Shown here in pieces: positions 1 through 11,614 of a DNA stretch of 61,257 nucleotides. Source of the stretch: Coniocarpon cinnabarinum (lineage: Eukaryota). A program made the position numbers and the translations under genes. Under the pieces are notes generated by a model. The model was given only the letters and a program-made list of their open reading frames with translations, was not told where the DNA came from and searched no databases. The stretch covers positions 1-61,257 of the forward strand of contig JAVECO010000143.1 in NCBI GenBank assembly GCA_051942205.1, in the 5' to 3' direction. The first letter of the stretch is position 1. Each line of letters opens with the position of its first letter.

Positions 1-789
1 TTCCCGGGTGGTAGTCCGTTCTCTGGATTCGCGAGTCGGAGCACGAATGGCTCTGCGTTTGGAGGTGGAGGACCTGGAGCGGGAGGCGGCGGCGGCGGGG
101 GCATGTTCGAAGAGGAGATCTCGCCTGAAGAGTTATTCCGACAGTTCTTTGGCGGTGGTGGCCTAGGCGGTGGCCCGTTCGGCATGGGCGGGCCTATGTT
201 CGGGGGCAGTCCCTTCGGCGGGAGTTCATTCGTCTTCCAAGGACCCGGCGGCGTGCGCGTGCATCAATTCGGGGGCAATCGGCCACGAAGGAGACCGCCG
301 GGGACAGGAGGAGGCAGGGAAGAACAAGTCTCGCCGGGGATGGCGTTCTTGAATCTCCTGCCTGTTCTCTTCATCTTCGTGGTGTTGCCACTGATCAGCA
401 CGCTCCTGGGCGGCAGCAGTTCAAACACCTGGGGCGCGAGCTCATACCGCCCGCCACCGTATTCACTGGACACACCCATTCCCGGCAAGAATCTAGCCAC
501 CGCGCGCGTCTCCAAGCGACTCGGCGTCGAATACTTTTACAACCCCGCCGACGTGGCCGACTACAGCAATAAGCAGTGGGCGGCGCTGGACGAAAACGCG
601 GAGAGCAAGTTGCTGTATACACTGGACGTGCAATGCACAGGGGAGCGACAAGAGCAGCAGCGACTCTTCCAGGAGAGTCAGGGATGGTTCAGTATAAATC
701 GGGAGATGGAGGAGCGGGCACGACGGATGGACAAGCCGGCGTGTGAGCGGTTTGTTGGGCTCACGAGGAGAGGAAGGGGATGGTTATGA
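1..789 (+). CDS. ER-membrane DnaJ protein (Hlj1/DNAJB12 type), 3' part with G/F-rich region, TM segment and DUF1977-like lumenal domain
   Basis: Frame is open from base 1. It contains 'EEISPEELFRQFFGGG', a G/F-rich linker, one TM segment (LLPVLFIFVVLPLISTLL) and a C-terminal C..E..Q...PAC motif. The J domain would lie upstream of the window. Confidence 0.8.
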   Translation, partial: FPGGSPFSGFASRSTNGSAFGGGGPGAGGGGGGGMFEEEISPEELFRQFFGGGGLGGGPFGMGGPMFGGSPFGGSSFVFQGPGGVRVHQFGGNRPRRRPPGTGGGREEQVSPGMAFLNLLPVLFIFVVLPLISTLLGGSSSNTWGASSYRPPPYSLDTPIPGKNLATARVSKRLGVEYFYNPADVADYSNKQWAALDENAESKLLYTLDVQCTGERQEQQRLFQESQGWFSINREMEERARRMDKPACERFVGLTRRGRGWL

Positions 790-1497
790 CGGCCGGGTGG
801 TATTAGTGATTGAATGAAATGTGCTGGAGCTGGATGGGTGTGGGACTGTATGACTTGTATAGCATGGCACTGGGTGTTTTGCAACACATGGCTCAGGTAA
901 TGAGACAGACACGAGCTGAATGGTATGAATCACAAGAGCTTTGAAGTGCTCGAGTCTTTGACAGCGGTACTGTTTCGAAGAATTCCTGTGGGCACGGCTG
1001 CTTGCATGTCACACACAGGCTTGGAGTGAGGTATCACCCACTCACAAGTGGCGCTTTTCCTGACATGAGATTTACGCGGCAGTGAAGCCGCGAGGCAATG
1101 TTGCAGAATTGGCGTCACGGAAAGTCAAGGAACTAGGATATAGGCACATTCTGCTCATTGGTGTAAGGAGTAAGAAATGAGCGGGCGTTTGTCAGCCTGT
1201 ATTAAGAATACAAGTGAGTTCGACCGTCGGCTATGTACAGCCATGATTTTGAATAACAGAGTCCTCTTGAGTGTGGCCTATGCCTGGAGTCGAGACCCCG
1301 AAGCCACTGATGCCACGCTCTCAGAAAAGCCACCAACGCCCTCGCTAGACGAAAGGCAATTTGAATTGAGCCCACATACAAGAATGTTTTTTGAAGCAAT
1401 CTCCCCACAATTCACGTGGTGGTGAATTCCCTTAGTACGATTTCGTTTAAGCAATGCCATCAAGGCTGGGATCCTTTAAGCTCATGTTTTTGCTGCG

Positions 1498-2361
1498 TTA
1501 ACTCCGCAGACGTGTGCTGGGCACAGGAGTAGTTGACATAGGAGAGTCAGTGAATGGCTCAGGAGGAAGCGTCGGACTCTTGATTTTGGCTTCCAACTTC
1601 TCTCGCAAATCTTGAGCGTCCATATTTGTGATGTAATCAATGTCCAGCTGGCGGGCCTTGACACCAGCATACTGACGGTACTCGGCAATAACATCCTCAA
1701 GACTCCAGCCGAGTATCTTGCGAAAGCAAGCCATGACACAGCCCGTGCGATGCTTGCCTTTATTGCAGTGCACCAACATCGGGTAGTTGGCAGGGTTGAC
1801 GACCTCCTGCAATGCAGAAAGCATGTAGTCTTCGTCAATCTTGTCACCCACCTTCTTGTGCGCTTTAATGCTGATGGAATAATGTTGAATGTTGCCTCGA
1901 GCAACAAATTGACAGTGCGCTTCGGAATAGCCTTCATTGACCAAGGTGAGAATTGTCTTGAGACCAAAACAGCGCAAAAAGGAAAAGTGTTCCATCTGTG
2001 GAAAGCTGCAACGGTAGAGCTTGCCAGAAATGACCTCTGCGAAGTTTTTGGGTACAACAAAGGACGGAATGCGGTGCCCAACAGACACGCCACCAGCACC
2101 AGCGCCAAGCTCACCAGGCAGCGGAGTGCCGGCAGCATGATCAAGAAGTTGCTGCTCCGTCATGACATTTTGGAAGAAGCTGTTGCGTCGAGTCTCAATG
2201 GGTGTGGATTCGAGGGAGGATCCCTCTTCATCTGATACTTCCTCGACATAGGCGTGTGCTCGGCGTACAGGACTTGGCGAAGAGGAAATGGATTGCGCCT
2301 CCCATGGTGCTCGAGTATCGACTCGAAGAGGGAGCCGGATTGACAGCTCGTGAAGCTTCAT
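1498..2361 (-). CDS. Siw14/Oca-family (PFA-DSP) tyrosine/inositol-pyrophosphate phosphatase
   Basis: 'PKNFAEVISGKLYRCSFP' and catalytic loop 'HCNKGKHRTGC'. The first in-frame ATG (2361) is assumed as start. Confidence 0.85.
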   Translation of the reverse strand: MKLHELSIRLPLRVDTRAPWEAQSISSSPSPVRRAHAYVEEVSDEEGSSLESTPIETRRNSFFQNVMTEQQLLDHAAGTPLPGELGAGAGGVSVGHRIPSFVVPKNFAEVISGKLYRCSFPQMEHFSFLRCFGLKTILTLVNEGYSEAHCQFVARGNIQHYSISIKAHKKVGDKIDEDYMLSALQEVVNPANYPMLVHCNKGKHRTGCVMACFRKILGWSLEDVIAEYRQYAGVKARQLDIDYITNMDAQDLREKLEAKIKSPTLPPEPFTDSPMSTTPVPSTRLRS

Positions 2362-3614
2362 TTTGGGTTTTGATATTGATTCTCGATCAGCGACAGGACG
2401 TGAGTAAAGGAGAGAGAGAGAGGGTGGCCGATCAGAGTATAGCACACAGCCGAGCTCAGAATGCTGTGCAGTCAAGGGCTGGTCTCAGGTTGAAGAAGGG
2501 AGGTAGTGGGTGCTCGCGCTTTTATGCGCACGACTTGTCAGAGCGTGACAAGCCTGCGCAGAAGCGTCTGAGCGTGTAGGTTGCCCCAACACTTCGAGCT
2601 ACTTTGTATTGCGTGCCATATTGGTCGTCTTCAATGAAGGCGGCTTTGGCTTTTAAGAATAGCTCTGGGACCCGCAGTGCGTGACAGGCCGTAGGCTGAA
2701 CAGTGATTGTTCTGAAAGGTCGATCACGGGCGCGCACAGCGACAGCGATCAAGCTTGAGTCTTGAAGACATGATGGCTTGGATTGATGCTCTGTTGAAGC
2801 TATTACAGGGTAGCTGGGCGGTCAAAAGCTCGATCCTATGAAAGGGTCGTGCAGGCTGTGCGTTTTGGAGAAGAGGGCGAGGTTGCGGACAGGGAAGGAG
2901 GAGCTATCGAGAAAGCAAGACCTAGAACTTGAGTGGCTTTTGGGCGCTAAGAAAGCACGCGTGGGAGTTGGATCCATGGATGAGAAGGAGTGAGGGAGGG
3001 AAAAGGAAGAGGGAGGGTGGTGACGGTGGAGTGACATGGAGAAAAAAGAGTCGGCGCGTTGCCAAGTTCTAAAAGCGCCTGCCCCGAATATTGGCTGCCT
3101 TTCGTACGAGCTGGTCCAAGCTTTTGATGCCTTACTTCCAAGCCCCTGCGTTGCCAGTCACGTGTGGATTTCTTCATGCACTCGACTTGTTCAAACCTGC
3201 ACTCTTCCCAGTGGTATACAATCAGCATTGAAACACTTGCGGAGCGAAGAAGCTGCTTTATTCTACAGACTGTGTAGCATGAGCGAATAGGTGCAAAGTT
3301 TCTGAAGCAGTGTTTTAGCACACCAGCCTCCTGATCTGCTATGGCATGGACAAATTCTCACTTGAGTCTGGTAAACAGACCACATCGCTGTGCGAGCTCG
3401 AACACAAGGTATGCTTGGTCCCAACTGCTGACTTTGGATCACCCTCACAAGAACAAACGCCTGGGCAGAAAAAGGTAGGAAAATGTTAATAAGAGACTCT
3501 CTGCCCAGCACGCAACTTGGTTGCTTTTGCTCTTATTCATGGCACCAAAGGAATGCTAAATTTATGCATGCAAGAGTCCAAGGAAACCAGTCCAATATTG
3601 AATCATACACCCGC

Positions 3615-4525
3615 TCATGCGTTCAAGGTGACACTGTAGCTCGAGGTCTGCAGCTCAACGTTGCTTCCAGTGAATGGCTCCGTGCCAGCCTGAAGACTCT
3701 TCAGGTATTGGCTGCCACTCAAGCCTTGTCCGGAGGTCAAAAACTTCAAGAAGGCGTTGAGATCGCCCGTAAAGTTCTCAGCGGGGCTTGTAGCCACGAA
3801 CGAGTAGACCATGTTGTTAGTGGCGGTGTTTTCGCCTTTGTACAAGTTGAATGTGACACCACCATTGGTAAAGCTTGCAACTGAGCTGCCACCACCAATA
3901 GGTCCAGCACCACCAAAAGCAGCGAGCCTGTTGCTGAGTTAGTTTCTGGTCTGGTTGGATATGCTTTGACGGCGGTAGTGCAAGGGTGAGGAGCTAGAAA
4001 TTACTCACCAGACCATAATCTCGTTCTCGTTAGCGCCACCAGCGCTGGAGGATGTGAAGAGGTCGTAAGACACATCAGCTACGACGTTGCTGCCAGTCTG
4101 ACTCCATTTCCAGGTCGTGGGGATAGTTGAGATTGATGAGAGTGCCACGGGCTGCATCTGCAGCTGGACATTGGTGTAAGACTTGACTGAGCTTGATCTA
4201 ATACATCATCAAAGGTCAGTCTCATCTTCGGCTGTTGTAAAAGGCGTCATGGCACAGCGACTTACCCGCCAGACCACGTCCAGTTGGTGTTCCAGGCAAT
4301 GTTGTCGCCAGAAGCACTGACGAGAGTGTCACATTGGCCATTGCCATTGCCTGTGTAGCCACCCTGACCCCAGAGGTTGGTCTCAAGGAGGTACTTTGGG
4401 CTGGCAGTGATGGTGGTGTATTGTCCACACTGGACTTGGTCGGCACGCTTGTTGAGCGTAGCAGTGGGGGCGGCCAGCGCCGTGCATGCAAAGAGGGTCG
4501 TGATGACTGCGACTGCAGACTTCAT
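3615..4525 (-). CDS. Secreted glycoside hydrolase family 12 endoglucanase/xyloglucanase (3 exons)
   Basis: Signal peptide plus NKR propeptide; NLWG, VKSY, DVSYDLFT, EIMVWL and LQAGTEPFTG motifs; introns 4265-4198 and 4008-3928. Confidence 0.9.
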
Positions 4526-6106
4526 GGTGATTGTAGAGGGGAAATTTGTTGATGCTGATTTTGCAGAGTGGCAATGGATGAAAGAGAGGCTGGTCTGTCT
4601 CACACACGAAATCACGGTGCAAAGCAAGACACGTTTTTATAATGAGCGTATAGGTCAACAGTACAAGCCAGTGATGCAGTAGCGGCTAGCGCGTTGCAAC
4701 GATAGAGGGAAGATACTGTCCTAAAGCAAGCACTCACAAAGGGCCATGGTGGTCAGTTAAGTACGAGCCGGCAGAGATCTGCGGAGTTCTGGACGATCCA
4801 CAGCAATCTCGGGCGCGGGATTCGCAGTCTGTCGAGAGAAGTGTCCAGGCAGGCTTGGGCGCATGAGGCAAGTGGCACCCTCGAGCAAAGGCTTCGCGCT
4901 GGCATCCCTACAGCTAGCCCTTGACAGGTGAAACATGGTTGCGACTCGCGCGAGTGTGGGCCCGGCGACTGTCAAACAGAAAGCTCTCCACACGCCAGAT
5001 GCCGTGACAGGAAGGACACTCACAGGCTTGTACGAAGTCTTCAATCGCATCAATGTCAGTTATCCGACGTACGCCACTAACGGCGCCGCTGCTGCACGAC
5101 AACAACGAGGTCGTCATCGTCAACGTTTGTTTCAAAAGGATCCGTCATCGAAAATTTGCCAGTAAGATTGAAAGGGGCCGATGCGCTACGCGTTTTCGCA
5201 GGACTCGGAGAGCAGGGAAACCACCTGAGAGCGACTCAGGGATCATGATTTGTGGGGTGCACTAGCGGGTGGGAGATCTGCCGCCACAAAGCTTGCAAGA
5301 GAAGTCAATGTTAGTCCGGTGAGCGTCTTCAGGTCTTGCAAGCGCTGGGGGGTTTCTTGTGCAGAGTCTTCGTTCGCTTTCGGTTTCGTCCATAGCAAAG
5401 GCGGGTGAGTGAGACAGCAGGAGTGGTAGTGTAGGTATACAGCGATGCGTATAAGGAAGGGGTGGGTCTGCATGGTACGTAGCCTCGCATTATGCGGCTC
5501 TCCATGCATGTCTCAGGCGGATCTGCTCCGTACATTGTCTTTGCTGTCCACTTCCACGATTGACTGCTGTCGACTTTGGCGCTGAGAGTAGCAAAAACTC
5601 TTGAAAAACCTCGTCACAAATCCAGGTACCGTACACGCGCTGAGGTACTACCTTCCCTTGGTTGCTCAGGACTCACCCTATGACCGACCATCCTGGCCCG
5701 TCTTATAGAATTAAGTCAGTGGACAGGCTTGCGCACCTTGAAAGCCAGGAGTCTCTGGGCCACATTCCCACGCACGACGATTCAGGCTTGCAAAATGCAA
5801 TCTGAGGCCTGAGTTGTCAGCGATCTCTGCCATCGAGCGCGTCCAGCATAATTCTAGGGTGCAAGTCATGCGTGGCATTTCTCAGCCGAAACTGGTGCAC
5901 CCATCCGAGACCAAGTACAAAAAAGTAGTATTGTAGCGGTGTGTGAATAAAGGGTTACACGTCGCCACAGCCACCGGCGACCTGGCCAAGGCGTTCAACA
6001 AAATTTACTAAATTCGATGTCTCGTCCGAGGGATAAGTCATGTACACAACACGTCGAGTCATCAGATCCAAGAAGAATGCTACTGTACAACAGAAACCTC
6101 CACGTC

Positions 6107-7846
6107 TCATGCCCCAAAGTCCCCACTCAGGCCTGGATAATCGCTGCCCAGTATAGCTTTGTATAATGGATCCACAGCATTGCACAGGGCATCCACCTTC
6201 CGCGCGTTCATGAGGGAGATTTCACCGCGAGTCCCAAATACACCCAGCATTTGGTCCGGCGCGTGTGGTAGGTACGGAGGCCAGCCCGGTCCCAAGTACG
6301 GGTTCTTTGCAAAGCGTGCCCAGGCTGCATTCATTGTACGACTCACTGCCTCTTGGTTTGGCGTAGGCTGCACGTTCGAGGGCTGCAGGCCTAGCGGGGC
6401 GGGTGTCACTGGATTCACTGGCCCGCCTGCATACGTTTGCCAGATCTGCCTAATCTCTGCCGAATGATAGCTTCCCGCGTTTGGGAAGATGGCCTCGTTC
6501 GGGAAGCCATCCGCTGCGTAGTAATATCGGAACGTCTCTGCGCCACCGACAGCTGAGTTGGTGCCCCAAAGCGCCAGAAGGCATTGCACATATACGAGCG
6601 TGTATGACATGGCAGCCAAGTCGAAAGGTGAGCTGGTTGCGTCCATAGCGGTGAGGTTGCCGGTGAGCTCTAACGCAACTTGCGGAGCGGCAGTCGAGTT
6701 GAAGCCTTGCAAGATTGCACCAGTAACTTGACCAACTTGTTCGATATTAGTGACGTTTCCAAAGCCGGAAAAAACAAAGACCTCCCCATCTTTTGCATTA
6801 GTGCCTCCCATGACAGGAACTTGTGCAAGATCGCCTGACACTCGTCGACCGGCGGGTTTCTCGAAATAGGTCACTCCATCAACCACGGGCGAAAAGGAAA
6901 CCTGACTTTCCTGAATGGCGTTGATGATGGCTGTTGAGTTGCAGTCCATTACGCACTGCAGCTGTGCTGTATCATTGCCCGTGCATGCGAGCGCAGCGGC
7001 CAGTTTGGTAAATGAATCGCCGCTGTTGGATTTACCGTTCTTTGCTGCGACATACGTGGACTGTCCCGCTTGTAGAATGGCGGCACGAAAAGGTGCATTG
7101 GAATTATTGTAAGCCACAAGATGCCCATCGACGGACTGAGATCCGCTTGATTCTCCCCAAACGGTAACTTTTGCAGGATCCCCTCCGAATGCTTGAATAT
7201 TATCCTGCATCCATTGCATCATGAATCGCTGATCCAGTAGGCCGAGGTTTTGATTCTCAACAGGTATTGCAGGTGAATTGGGAAAGCCGAAGACGGAATT
7301 GCGCCAATTGAAGGTGACGACTATTACATCTTGATAGGATGCAAAGGCCGAGCCGTCATACAGAGGCTGCCCGGCGTTACCAAAGTTGAAATCGCCTCCA
7401 AAAATGTATAGCAGGACGCTATAACCACCTGGTGACCGAGAGGGCGTTGACGGCGCGTAGACATTTGCATAGAAGCAATCCTCCTCGGAGGGTTCCGGTG
7501 GCTGGACGTACACGTCTTGGTTGAATTTTTGAATTGCTGGTGGATTGGGAAATGCTTGAAGACATCCTGGCCTGAACGCTGTCGCGTCAAGGGTATCCTT
7601 CCACGGCAACGCCTCCACGGGTAGGCCAAAGCGAGGAGCTGTGGCGTATGGCACACCCAAGAACTTGTTTACTGGGGCTGACGCTGATGGGAGCAGAGTT
7701 GTGGTGCCTGCCACTACACCACCTCTGACGGTGGCGGTAGGATTATCTGTCTGTGCGAATGTTGAGCCTATTAATGTCAATGTTGCGAGGAATAGGATGC
7801 GCCCGAAGGGAGGTGATGCTCTTGTGTACATGGTATCACCTGGCAA
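6107..7846 (-). CDS. Secreted type-B carboxylesterase/lipase
   Basis: Signal peptide, FLGVPYA, SEEDCFYANVY, nucleophile GESSG, FGGDPAKVT and GSYHSAEI. Start is at 7846 or 7831. Confidence 0.9.
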   Translation of the reverse strand: MPGDTMYTRASPPFGRILFLATLTLIGSTFAQTDNPTATVRGGVVAGTTTLLPSASAPVNKFLGVPYATAPRFGLPVEALPWKDTLDATAFRPGCLQAFPNPPAIQKFNQDVYVQPPEPSEEDCFYANVYAPSTPSRSPGGYSVLLYIFGGDFNFGNAGQPLYDGSAFASYQDVIVVTFNWRNSVFGFPNSPAIPVENQNLGLLDQRFMMQWMQDNIQAFGGDPAKVTVWGESSGSQSVDGHLVAYNNSNAPFRAAILQAGQSTYVAAKNGKSNSGDSFTKLAAALACTGNDTAQLQCVMDCNSTAIINAIQESQVSFSPVVDGVTYFEKPAGRRVSGDLAQVPVMGGTNAKDGEVFVFSGFGNVTNIEQVGQVTGAILQGFNSTAAPQVALELTGNLTAMDATSSPFDLAAMSYTLVYVQCLLALWGTNSAVGGAETFRYYYAADGFPNEAIFPNAGSYHSAEIRQIWQTYAGGPVNPVTPAPLGLQPSNVQPTPNQEAVSRTMNAAWARFAKNPYLGPGWPPYLPHAPDQMLGVFGTRGEISLMNARKVDALCNAVDPLYKAILGSDYPGLSGDFGA

Positions 7847-8618
7847 AGATGGCCCACCGTACCCGTGCTAAACACAAGGAAGAGCAATAGCCCTATTTAT
7901 CCTCCATGTTGAAAATCTAAATCAGGGAGGATCGGGTCTACCCGGCACAGAGAGATGTGATCGATTTGCAGGGCAAACGCGTCTACGGAGAATGCATCTA
8001 TCGCGATCCATGCTTTATGCACTCCGTTCGGAGGGGGGAAGTTCTGGCCCAGTGAATGTGGTTCGTCGAGCTTCGCTCTGATTGGTCTGTTGATGTGATA
8101 AGTAGAGGATTATCGAAGGCTGCTTGAATGGCAGGCCGGTACCGTGGGACAACAAAGGTTCGAAAAGCTAATGACAGATCTCGCGCGTCTCAGAAATGCT
8201 CTTCAGGTGTGCCTGAGGCTAGGATGAGTGTTTGAAGTCCAGGTGTTGCGAGCGGCGCTTTGTGCAGATGAAACGCTTGGCATCCGTTTTGGCGTCCATC
8301 ACGCTTCTCAGAACCTTGTCGGTCGGACCTCCCACTCCTTAGACCTCAAACGCTCTGGAGAGATTCGTATGTCAGTACAATTCATGCCGAGGTCGTGCGC
8401 TCTCAATGTTCTCGGAGTTCGGTCGCAAACGCCTCGAGAATCAGCTTGAGTTGAGTACGCAGTTGGATGTTTACCGGTGCGTTTGGCATAGTTGCCAGCT
8501 ATCACGACGGTAAGCAATTGCCTAAGATCCAAGCACCAATTGAAAGCTGAAGCAGGTCGACGACTCCTGATCACGCAGAAAGTACTCTCGCGCCTTGTCA
8601 TAACGAAGGAGACGTATG

Positions 8619-9740
8619 TCATAAGTTCCCACGTCCTGTACTCACACTAGGTGAGCCCGGAGGCAGTCGTATTCCCAATGAAGAAGGATTTTTCACCGAG
8701 CTTAGTTGGGCCTCGTCGATGCGACTTTTGGCCAGACTTACACCGGGGGCGACCCAATCACCGCAACTGCACTGCATGCCCTGCCAAGCATACTTACCAA
8801 TGTTGTTCTTACACTTTGGGCATTCTAGTCGTCCTTCTAGCTTTCCTTGATCCAGTTCCGTTTTCATCCATCGCAAGGGCTCGACAAAGTAATGTGAACA
8901 TGCTGTGGGTGGCACAGGCATCGATGACGGGTCATCAGGCTTTTCTCGAGGTTTATGCTGCACCAGGAATTCAGAGGTGGCAAGAGGCTGACGGCATTTC
9001 TTGCACCGGAGGCTCAAGCCTTTAGCGGCATTTCCAGATTTTTGTTCGTCTGCAAAGAGAATCTTGTCTGCGTCGGGAGCCTGCTTGATAGCTCTGCTGG
9101 CCTGCAGTTCACGCTTATACAGCCAACGATGATATGATGCGTTGCCCTCTACGTCTGCAGGTGCGCCCATGGCATAGTAAGCGTGTAGCTGCTGCATGAA
9201 ACCTTCATTAGGCTCGCACACTCCTCGCGCTTCTTGGAGATGTCTGAGTGCCTCAAAGGGCGCCATCCGATATTTATTCATTAGATAGGCCACGACTATG
9301 GTGGCAGAGCGCGATTTGCCCATTGCACTGAGAACCAGCAGTCAGCGTGCGTCACCTCAGTCTGATGGCAAATAAGTCCACAGGTAATTATGGTGACCTA
9401 CCAATGCACGAGGACACTACCCCCTGCTTGTAAGGCATCCTCAATGAAACGATTAGTAGCAGCAAAATGTTCCAACAAATTCTCTTCATCTTCATCATCG
9501 ACGTCAATCTGAAGATGTTTGTAGGGCCGCACCAACTCTTCTTCGAGCGGCCAGCGCAGCACGGAAACTACATGAGTGATGCCAGTTTGCTTAATGGATT
9601 CCCGACGACGTAACGCGTATAGTCTTGAATATGGTCAGTGATTTCGGCGCAGAGGCCCAGGACAATGCTTCAGAGCAGACGCTTACCCACCCCCCGATAA
9701 ACAGATTGCCAGCGCCGGGCACTTGATCAACCCAACCCAT
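8619..9740 (-). CDS. YVH1: Dual-specificity phosphatase with C-terminal zinc-binding domain (Yvh1/DUSP12)
   Basis: Catalytic HCAMGKSRS is reconstituted across intron 9401-9328; another intron lies at ~9690-9624. C-terminal RCKKCR, CSHYF, CPKC and GMQCSCG motifs. Confidence 0.9.
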
Positions 9741-11614
9741 TTGTTGAATGGGGGAAAGCGGGTCCAGAATCTGGTCTCGATTTTCACGCATTCATACAAT
9801 CACCACACATACGCGTTCTTCTGCAAAGATTCAACACTCTCGACTGAGCTTCCACAGGTAAGCAGCGCAAAGGCTTATGTGTCACCACCCTCGATTACTC
9901 ACATACCTAGTTGACAGCAGCGGCGTGGCGGTGAAAATATTAGTGGCACCTCCGTGGGATTGATCACATTCCGTCTTCGGCATATGGCGATCCCTGATCT
10001 CTTGGCATGAAGGCTTCGAGAGTACCCAAGGCTCAGAGTCGCCGAGTGGGCAGACCAATGCCAGGGCACTCTTTAATCATGCTAAAGCCACGCAGTCAGA
10101 TCGAACCAAACTCCTTGATGCAATCTGGACGGAGTACTCCGCCAAAGCATCCAATGACCTGTCGCATCACGGTTTGAAGACTGCAATGGTCAGCTGACGT
10201 TGGGATACTGGCGGCCGTCAGATACATACAATGGAAATTGCCCCACCAATGCCCTAAACATGACGCATTTCCCTGCAAACGGCCAAGGTTTTGCTACTTG
10301 TCTGCCAGGTCAGTCTGCCTTGCCGTCAGCACGCGACCGTCACGAGGTAGATGGCCATCTTGTCCAAGTGCTGATACCAACAAGCCTCGACGATCACGGC
10401 CGCGATTAGATACTGAGAAAAAGTGCCGTTCGGTAGACCCATTGCGGAACTTTTGAGAACACAGCCTTGTGGGCCACAGCAAGTTCTCGGCCTGCCTGTC
10501 AGACGAAAGCTTGTTTGCAGCCAATGACTCGACGCCAGGGCGCAAGGCAGACAGGGCCGTGGGCCGATTAAGCGGGTAAAGCGACCCCTCTAGCTCTCCT
10601 GCCTTTGTAAGCCATCTCGGGGTCTTTTTCAAGAGCATGCCACCGACCTTTGATCATTCATGTTGCCAAAATGTGCGCCGTTGTTTCTTTGCGGGCATGG
10701 GATGGAGTAGACACCTACATCTCCTGGGCCTGACGAGCGACTTCTCAGGGCGAGACTCAGCCACTACCTCCTAGTCTCAAAACGTGCCGCAAACGAGGCT
10801 CGACTGCACCGAGTCGATCTTGTTGTACGCCGGAGCTGCTCAGAATACTGGGCTCACTCACTGACTGCTCCACCGCCTGATCTTTGCAACGTGCTTGCTG
10901 GTGCTTGATCAGCGCTCAGCTGTGTCGCGCTGGTCAAAGGCGATCGACAAGAATGCGACCTTCCATGGACGCCATCCTTGGTCTTTCCAGCACTGCGACG
11001 GCCGTGAAAGTGTGGCTGAGCGTGCCCGGCGGGGCTAGTATGGGTGGATGGGCAGTCGAAATACTGTGAAGGGCGTAGATCTGCAATATCACCGCGAGGC
11101 CTGCTGCCAAGCCTGCTCGTCACGCTACTTCTTGTTGCGGTCGCGAGTCTGCAGTCAGCGTCTTTGCTACCACTAGTCGAGCGTACCTTAGTTGTCGACT
11201 CCATTTTCAGCTTCTGTCCAATCCCTCACTTCCCAGCCCTGCTCCCGTCGCCTCCTTCTCTCCGCCCTCGCTTACCTCCTCCTCCTACGTCCTCCGTATC
11301 GCGTCCCATAAAGGACCTCGCGTACCCGTGCCTAATGTGCGCCTCGTCCATGTTCACGAGCCTGACATCATTCTCAACTGGCCTCCGAGCGCCTCGCCCG
11401 GAATCCAACGACCGTTTTGCGATTGGCTTGGCTTGTCTCGCATCGGCACATGCATCGACTGTGTGTCCGGTCTGACAGATCGTGAACCGGTCATTACTCG
11501 CGCGAGCTAAGCTTGGAGCGAACACGAAGTTACCATACATCCCCCCTTACGTACGATCAAGCTTCTTGAGGGGGGGTCACAGGTGGTTTATCACATCTGC
11601 CGTCATCCACGACC

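Noticed and set aside
1612..2235. Long antisense ORFs (also 14894-15568, 20185-21420, 48361-48975, 58826-59488)
   Set aside because: They lie opposite well-supported genes and carry no motifs, as expected from codon bias.
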